Assembly (NCBI GenBank): GCA_027082955.1
Contig: JALWTA010000010.1
Span: forward strand, 9,712-73,711
Length of the DNA stretch: 64,000 bases
Direction of reading: 5' to 3'
Source: Sulfurovum sp.
GTDB lineage: Bacteria; Campylobacterota; Campylobacteria; Campylobacterales; Sulfurovaceae
Shown: piece by piece, positions 9,173 to 15,494 of the stretch
How the letters are laid out: each line of letters begins with the position of its first letter
Position numbering within the stretch: the stretch's first letter is position 1
The notes under the pieces: generated by a model
Seen by the model: the letters and a program-made list of their open reading frames with translations, nothing else
Database searches by the model: none
What the model was told of the DNA's origin: nothing
Translations under genes and position numbers: made by a program

Positions 9173-11189
9173 ACATATTCTTATTACCGGTGCGAACGGA
9201 CAGCTTGGAGGTGAATTCCGTTCTCTGGTGGACAACCGGGAACGTTTTGATACCTCCGATCACTATTTTTTCACCGATAGAGAAACACTGGATATTACCG
9301 ACAAAGAGGCTGTTGAAAACTATGTGATGCAGCACAATATTGATACGATCATCAACTGTGCTGCCTATACGGCGGTCGATAAAGCTGAGGAGGAGGAAGC
9401 ACTTGCCTATCTTATTAATCGTGATGCGGTCAGAAACCTGGCAGAAATTGCCAAAAAATATGATATACATCTGATCCATATCTCTACAGATTATGTGTTT
9501 GACGGTACAAGCCATACCCCTTTGTGTGAAACAGACAGTGTTAACCCCCAAGGTGTCTATGCCAAATCAAAATATGAAGGTGAAGCGGCTATCAGAGAAA
9601 TTGCACCTAAAGGTGCAATGATCATACGTACCTCATGGATCTACAGCAGCATGGGGCACAACTTTGTCAAAACAATGCTGCGCGTGGGCAGTGAACGGGA
9701 TGAAATACGTGTTGTGTGTGACCAGATAGGGACGCCAACCTATGCAAGAGATCTTGCGAGGGCAATTCTTACGATCATTGCATCAGAGAGCCAGAGCGAT
9801 GAAGTCAAAACGTATCACTACAGCAATGAAGGGAACTGCTCCTGGTACGATTTCGCACAGGCGATCTTTGAGATCGCACAGGTTGACTGCCGTGTTACTC
9901 CCATCAGTACCCATGAGTATCCGACACCGGCAAAACGTCCTTCTTACAGTGTTCTCAACAAAGATAAGATCAAATATGAGTATGGTCTTGACATCCCCTA
10001 CTGGAGAGATTCACTCAGGTCCTGTATCTCGCTGCTGGACTTCAAAGAGGTCAAGCGTTACAAGATCGGTATTATTGGTTCAGGTTTTATTGCCAACGGA
10101 TTGGCAAAACTGCTGCTGCAGCATCCTGACTATGAATTGAAAGCGGTATTGACCCGAAGTGATTTAAGCAAGCGCAGTGATTTTGTCAAACCTGAGGTAT
10201 TGACCAATGACCTTGAGGTATTGCTTGATACGTGTGATTTGATCGTAGAATGCAGCGGAGATGCCATCTATGCAACCGAGACGATCGACAGAATCATCAA
10301 AGAGGACATACCGGTTGTGACGATGAACTCAGAGTTTCATGTGACTACAGGTTCTTACTTTGTGGACAAAGGGTTGGTTACGGAAGCCGAGGGGGATCAG
10401 CCCGGTGTCGAGGCTATTTTGTATGAAGAGGCGCTGGCAATGGGCTTTAGACCATTGGCATTTGTCAATATCAAAGGTTTTCTGAATGAAAATCCGACAA
10501 GAGAAGAGATGGAGTACTGGGGTGGACGCTCAAATCTCTCCCTGGAAATGGTAACTTCGTTTACGGACGGAACAAAGGTACAGATAGAACAGGCACTTGT
10601 TGCCAATGGTCTTGGCGGATGTATTGCACAGGAGGGGCTGCTTAAGCTGAAAGATGACGACATGCTTCATGGCGGTACTATTTTGGCGGACAAGGCTAAG
10701 GAACTGGGCTGTCCGGTCAGTGACTATGTGCTCTCTCCAAAACTGCCTGCCGGTGTTTTTTTGGTGGTAGAACATGATGAAGAGCAGGCAGGATCACTGC
10801 GTTACTACAAACTTGGGGAAGGTCCCTACTATGTTTTGGAGCGTACTTATCATCTTTGCCATCTTGAGATCATTAAAACGATCAAACGGGTACTGGGCGG
10901 TGGTGGTGTCCTGCTAAATAACGGCAGTGATCCGAAATTGAGTGTCGCAGCCATTGCAAAACATGACATTATGCCCGGTGATACGCTGAAAAAGGGCATC
11001 GGCAGTTTCGATGTACGCGGCGAAGCGGTATATATTGAGAAGCATCCTGACCATGTGCCCATAGGACTGCTTGCTGATGCGACGTTTGTGCGTGAGGTTA
11101 AAGAAGGGCAGATCGTAACCTTTGCAGATGTGGAACTTCCGGAGAGTCTGGCGCTGGATATCTGGAAGCGTATGCACATCAAAGGCTGA
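9165..11189 (+). CDS. Fusion protein: dTDP-4-dehydrorhamnose reductase (RmlD) N-terminal domain plus a homoserine-dehydrogenase-like NAD-binding domain ending in a SAF domain (COG4091-like)
   Basis: ATG 9165 overlaps the rfbC stop (ATGCGTAA). Residues 1 to about 295 are RmlD-like: ILITGANGQLG, STDYVFDG, YAKSKYEGE, PTPAKRPSYSVL. A second Rossmann motif KIGIIGSGFIANG then follows, with EGDQPG and a C-terminal beta-clip-like SAF segment (IMPGDTL...VKEGQIVTFADVE). Confidence 0.7.
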   Translation: MRKHILITGANGQLGGEFRSLVDNRERFDTSDHYFFTDRETLDITDKEAVENYVMQHNIDTIINCAAYTAVDKAEEEEALAYLINRDAVRNLAEIAKKYDIHLIHISTDYVFDGTSHTPLCETDSVNPQGVYAKSKYEGEAAIREIAPKGAMIIRTSWIYSSMGHNFVKTMLRVGSERDEIRVVCDQIGTPTYARDLARAILTIIASESQSDEVKTYHYSNEGNCSWYDFAQAIFEIAQVDCRVTPISTHEYPTPAKRPSYSVLNKDKIKYEYGLDIPYWRDSLRSCISLLDFKEVKRYKIGIIGSGFIANGLAKLLLQHPDYELKAVLTRSDLSKRSDFVKPEVLTNDLEVLLDTCDLIVECSGDAIYATETIDRIIKEDIPVVTMNSEFHVTTGSYFVDKGLVTEAEGDQPGVEAILYEEALAMGFRPLAFVNIKGFLNENPTREEMEYWGGRSNLSLEMVTSFTDGTKVQIEQALVANGLGGCIAQEGLLKLKDDDMLHGGTILADKAKELGCPVSDYVLSPKLPAGVFLVVEHDEEQAGSLRYYKLGEGPYYVLERTYHLCHLEIIKTIKRVLGGGGVLLNNGSDPKLSVAAIAKHDIMPGDTLKKGIGSFDVRGEAVYIEKHPDHVPIGLLADATFVREVKEGQIVTFADVELPESLALDIWKRMHIKG

Positions 11190-11190
11190 T

Positions 11191-12380
11191 CGCCCTTGCT
11201 GTTCAACTCCTACGCATTCATTTTTTTCTTTCTGCCGGTAGTTTTTGCTGTTTATTTTTATCTTAACCAGAGACGGCTGACAGAGGCAGGCAAAGCCTTT
11301 TTGGTCGTAGCGTCTCTTTTTTTCTACGCCTGGTGGAATGTAAGCTACCTGCCGCTGATACTGGTGTCGATGGTGGTCAACTATGCAATAGGAAGAGAAC
11401 TGGCACGGCACCAAAAGAACAGAAGAAGCTACTCTCCCAAAAAACTGCTTGCCGCAGGTGTCGTGTTCAACCTTGGACTGCTGGGATACTACAAATATAT
11501 GGATTTTTTCCTCGAGAACGTCAACCGCATATTCCATAGCCATATCCCTCTGCTGCACCTGGCACTGCCGCTTGCGATCAGCTTCTATACCTTCCAGCAG
11601 ATCTCCTACCTCGTAGACAGTTACAGAGAAGAGACCAAAGAGTATGACTTTCTTAACTATGCACTCTTTGTGACCTTCTTCCCCCAACTGATCGCAGGGC
11701 CTATTGTTCACCATGCAGAGATGATGCCGCAGTTTGCCAAGACAAGGAACAAAGTAAAGCACTATTACAATATCGCTCTGGGGCTCTTTGTCTTTTCTAT
11801 GGGGCTGTTCAAAAAAGTGATCATTGCAGATACATTTGCACAGTGGGCGACCCAGGGGTTCGATGTGTCAAAAGAGCTTAATATGCTCGAAGGATGGGTC
11901 ACTTCACTCTCCTATACCTTCCAGCTCTACTTTGACTTCAGCGGCTATACCGATATGGCGATCGGTGCCGCACTGCTGTTCAATATCAAACTGCCGATCA
12001 ACTTCTTCTCTCCCTACAAGGCAGTCAGTATTCAGGATTTCTGGAGGAGATGGCATATTACCCTTTCACGCTTTTTGAAAGATTACCTCTATATTCCGCT
12101 TGGCGGGAACAGAAAAGGCAAAATGCGTACCTATATAAACCTCTTTGTCACCTTTTTGCTCGGGGGTATCTGGCATGGGGCAGGATGGACTTTTGTCTTT
12201 TGGGGCACACTGCACGGCGCGGCACTGGTGATACACCGTTTCTGGCAGCAGATGGGTATGAAGATGCCTAAGATCCTTGGATGGTTCATTACTTTTAACT
12301 TTATCAATATCGCATGGGTCTTTTTCCGGGCAAACAGCTTTCATGATGCCTTGAAGGTCTTGAAGGGAATGTTCTTGGGT
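11191..12380 (+). repeat. Direct repeat copy 2 (1,190 bp), identical to 6153-7342
   Basis: Same evidence as copy 1. The offset is exactly 5,038 bp. The repeat begins 1 nt after the TGA of the rfbD-fusion gene. Confidence 0.9.
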
Positions 12381-12680
12381 GATACAGATATGAAAACATA
12401 TCTTCAAGGACTCTATGACCAAGCAAATCCAATTGCACAATGGTTCAATCTTAATAGTGGTGCCTACCATGCACCGTTCAATCTGTTCGCTTTGGCAATG
12501 GTAATGGTGGGATTGTTGATTGTCCTGTTCTTCCCAAACTCCAATGAGCTTGCCGGTATTTTTCATGCGAAGAAGCGTGTTTCTTGGCGATATTATCTGT
12601 TATCGGTACTGCTGTTTGGTACCGCATTGGCAATGATGAGTGTTTCGCATGGATCTGAATTTCTCTATTTTAATTTTTAG
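11196..12680 (+). CDS. MBOAT-family membrane O-acyltransferase, copy 2 (identical to copy 1 for 395 codons, divergent last ~100 codons)
   Basis: 494 aa with a TTG start. It equals copy 1 through VLKGMFLG, then diverges and ends SEFLYFNF. Confidence 0.85.
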   Translation: MLFNSYAFIFFFLPVVFAVYFYLNQRRLTEAGKAFLVVASLFFYAWWNVSYLPLILVSMVVNYAIGRELARHQKNRRSYSPKKLLAAGVVFNLGLLGYYKYMDFFLENVNRIFHSHIPLLHLALPLAISFYTFQQISYLVDSYREETKEYDFLNYALFVTFFPQLIAGPIVHHAEMMPQFAKTRNKVKHYYNIALGLFVFSMGLFKKVIIADTFAQWATQGFDVSKELNMLEGWVTSLSYTFQLYFDFSGYTDMAIGAALLFNIKLPINFFSPYKAVSIQDFWRRWHITLSRFLKDYLYIPLGGNRKGKMRTYINLFVTFLLGGIWHGAGWTFVFWGTLHGAALVIHRFWQQMGMKMPKILGWFITFNFINIAWVFFRANSFHDALKVLKGMFLGDTDMKTYLQGLYDQANPIAQWFNLNSGAYHAPFNLFALAMVMVGLLIVLFFPNSNELAGIFHAKKRVSWRYYLLSVLLFGTALAMMSVSHGSEFLYFNF

Positions 12681-12689
12681 GAGCATGGC

Positions 12690-14189
12690 GTGAGCAAGAA
12701 ACGGTATATCTTTATGATGCTGGCAGGAAGTCTGCTCTTTTTGCTGGTGCTGCCTGTGTTCAATTATCTCCATGACCAGTGGCGCGTACTCCATCGGGAT
12801 TTTGCCTATGCCTATGATGATATTGCGATCAACAAATCCTACTTGAAAACAGTCTATCTTTTGGCACATCCAAACCGGTATGATACACTGTTGTTTGGTT
12901 CTTCCAGAAATGCAGCTTTTGTAGAGACCGATATTGCACCGCATGCCTACAATGCCTATGCTGATTTTGGTGTAATAGGACAACACCTGCATACGCTTGA
13001 GATTTTGCTGGGACACGGCTTGGCTTTGAAAGAAGTGTGGATAGGGATCAATGATTTTGATATATGGAAAGATCCTAAAGATTTTGAAAAGGACTATTCC
13101 AAGCGGGTGTATCATGAAGATATAGAGGGGATATTTGACTTTTACAGACTTTATCTGTTTAAGCCTGTTGACAACAATGACCTTGCCATTATGAAAGGCA
13201 AATTCAAATTGGCTCCAAGTAACCGAATTTACCGTAAAGCGCTTGACAAACACAGACAAACATTGATAGACAAAGAGAAAAGTTTGCAAGAAAAAGGTAT
13301 GCGCTGGCGTAAAAAACTTACTTCGACTGCCGCGACACTGCTTGGCTACAAGGATGATCCCAAACAGTACAGAATCTCAAAAAGTATCGATGAGATCAGA
13401 AGGATCAAGCGTCTTTGTCAAAAACATCATGTTAAAACGGTTTTTTTCTTCTACCCGGCATTCTACAAAACCTATATGATGTACAACCAGTCCAGAATAG
13501 AAACTTTCAAACGTAAACTGGCAGAGGTGACAGATTTCTACGATTTTTATCGTCTTGATGCGACTGCAATGGATGAAACAAAATGGACAGATACCAGCCA
13601 CTTTGTCTATAGCGTCGCCTTTCAAATGGTTCAGGATATTAAACATGGGAAGCATCTTGTAACACACAGTAACTGTGAAAGCGTATTGAGACAAGAGCGT
13701 CAAATGGCTACAGAACAGTTACTGCGTAAACAACTTCCAATACCGTATGTAATGCGTTTTAACGGTACGATCCTGCCAAGTGGAACCGATGTACTATTTG
13801 ATATGAAAAAGGGTAGTTATGTCCCAAATGTACAGACCAGAGTGCAGACTGACACTGAGGGCATCAAGGTGAAAAGTCTTGGTACTGATCCAAATTTGTT
13901 GTTTGGTCCGGTGCTTTCAAAAACGCAGAATGTGGTGTTACATTGTGAGATGACAAGTCAATACAAGACACTTTTTCAGCTTTTTTACAAGGTTGGCAAG
14001 GATGCCCGTTTCAATGAACATGATGCGGTTAAATTCGGGTTACACAAAGGGCTGAACCGTTTTAACCTGCTGATCCCTTCTGCTTGGCTAAGGTATGGTT
14101 TCCGCATGGATCCGGGGCAGAAACCCGGTGATTATTTGATCAAGAAAATGGAGATATTTGGAGAGAAAAAATGTGCTTCAGGAGAGTGA
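12690..14189 (+). CDS. Membrane-anchored periplasmic SGNH/DltD/AlgJ-like protein with an extra C-terminal beta-rich module, putative partner of MBOAT copy 2
   Basis: 499 aa. GTG start after AGGAG, with the same junction layout as partner 1. It has an N-terminal TM helix, LLFGSSRN and a TDTSHF (DxxH) block. Residues from about 385 to 492 form a module also seen in the 695-aa and 615-aa proteins. Confidence 0.5.
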   Translation: MSKKRYIFMMLAGSLLFLLVLPVFNYLHDQWRVLHRDFAYAYDDIAINKSYLKTVYLLAHPNRYDTLLFGSSRNAAFVETDIAPHAYNAYADFGVIGQHLHTLEILLGHGLALKEVWIGINDFDIWKDPKDFEKDYSKRVYHEDIEGIFDFYRLYLFKPVDNNDLAIMKGKFKLAPSNRIYRKALDKHRQTLIDKEKSLQEKGMRWRKKLTSTAATLLGYKDDPKQYRISKSIDEIRRIKRLCQKHHVKTVFFFYPAFYKTYMMYNQSRIETFKRKLAEVTDFYDFYRLDATAMDETKWTDTSHFVYSVAFQMVQDIKHGKHLVTHSNCESVLRQERQMATEQLLRKQLPIPYVMRFNGTILPSGTDVLFDMKKGSYVPNVQTRVQTDTEGIKVKSLGTDPNLLFGPVLSKTQNVVLHCEMTSQYKTLFQLFYKVGKDARFNEHDAVKFGLHKGLNRFNLLIPSAWLRYGFRMDPGQKPGDYLIKKMEIFGEKKCASGE

Positions 14190-14225
14190 AGCTGTTTTAG
14201 TCTTATTACCCTTCAGCTTTACTAT

Positions 14226-15410
14226 TCATATATGGAATGACGCGTTGTTTTTGGCTTTTCTGAACCTGCCGCGTTTCCCAAAAGTGATTCCCGGACGTTC
14301 GATGAAGAGATAGGTCAGGGAAGCAGTCAGCACCACGAGCACAACGATAATAGGCATCATATAGGTGTGCTGTGTAGCGCTGATGAGTTTCAGGTCAACT
14401 ACCTCAAATACTGTAAAGAGAATGTAGATGATTGCACCGTGCAGGAGGTAGATGCTGTAGCTTATCTCTCCAAGCAGCAAAGAAGCTTTTTTATGCATCA
14501 GTCCGAAGAGGGAATTGCCCCAGGCAATGGCGATAAAAAAGAGTGCTACCAGCGAAATGGGCAGGGGATCGTATATTTTTTTGTAAAATACCGCATATAG
14601 CAGGGCGATGGTGATTGCTGCGGAGACAAATGCATTGTCAATATAGCGAATGGGAATGCGCTGAATATGCCCGGAGAGCACTGCGGCAACCCCTCCGATG
14701 ACAAAAAAGACAAGATGGATCGTCTCAAATGCGTAAAAGGCATGATTTTCATAAAAATAAACGGCACCGCCAATTGCCAGCAGCAGAGCGATCCATCGGT
14801 TAAGGGTAATGACAAGTGCGATTAGCGGCAAGGAGAGGTAAAAAAGCCATTCATATTTGAGCGTCCAGTCCACTCCGGCAATGATCAGAGGAGTATGGTC
14901 GTGCGTATGAAGATTACCGCCATGAAAAAAAAGCCAATGGGTATATTGTTCCACCAGAGAAGAGATGTCGATACCGTGACGGTATTGCGGTTGCATGAAA
15001 ACCACGACACTGATGACAAAAATGGCAAACAGATAGAGTGGATAGATCCTGAAAATACGGGATTTGTAGAGTTTGATCCAGTCTGTTTTGTGTCTGTCTT
15101 TCATGATCTTGGCAGTAAAGAGATAGCCTGTGATCATAAAGAAGATCATCACACCTATCAGTCCAATATTCTGGAAATAGACCTCATGCGGGCGCCACCA
15201 GTGGGTCGTGTTCTTCCAGTACCATGTCAGCATGAAGTGGTGGGCGAAGACCGAGAGGGCAAGGTAGCCTCGCAGTCCGTCTATTGCACCGTAACGGCCA
15301 GTACGTTCATGCAGAAAAGCAAAACGCGAATGTCTGACAACAAGGCTGCCAAGCAGGTAGCTGACTACCAGCATCGTCATAAAAAATCCGATCTTTACAA
15401 TATCATCCAA
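14226..15410 (-). CDS. Acyltransferase family 3 (OafA/WecH-like) membrane O-acyltransferase
   Basis: 394 aa, about 10 TM helices. AT3 hallmark IDGLRGYLALSVFAHH near the N-terminus. Confidence 0.8.
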   Translation of the reverse strand: MDDIVKIGFFMTMLVVSYLLGSLVVRHSRFAFLHERTGRYGAIDGLRGYLALSVFAHHFMLTWYWKNTTHWWRPHEVYFQNIGLIGVMIFFMITGYLFTAKIMKDRHKTDWIKLYKSRIFRIYPLYLFAIFVISVVVFMQPQYRHGIDISSLVEQYTHWLFFHGGNLHTHDHTPLIIAGVDWTLKYEWLFYLSLPLIALVITLNRWIALLLAIGGAVYFYENHAFYAFETIHLVFFVIGGVAAVLSGHIQRIPIRYIDNAFVSAAITIALLYAVFYKKIYDPLPISLVALFFIAIAWGNSLFGLMHKKASLLLGEISYSIYLLHGAIIYILFTVFEVVDLKLISATQHTYMMPIIVVLVVLTASLTYLFIERPGITFGKRGRFRKAKNNASFHI

Positions 15411-15459
15411 AGGGGCTCTTTCAGGTTTTGGAGAAGTATAGCGAAATTTGTTGAGAAAA

Positions 15460-15468
15460 TGGTATAAT
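15460..15468 (+). promoter_or_regulatory. Extended -10 promoter element TGgTATAAT for the 695-aa membrane protein gene
   Basis: An exact TGnTATAAT lies 26 nt upstream of ATG 15495 (SD GGGGAG) in the divergent intergenic region. Confidence 0.45.
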
Positions 15469-15494
15469 GGCGAAGCTTTAAGGCGGGGAGAGAC

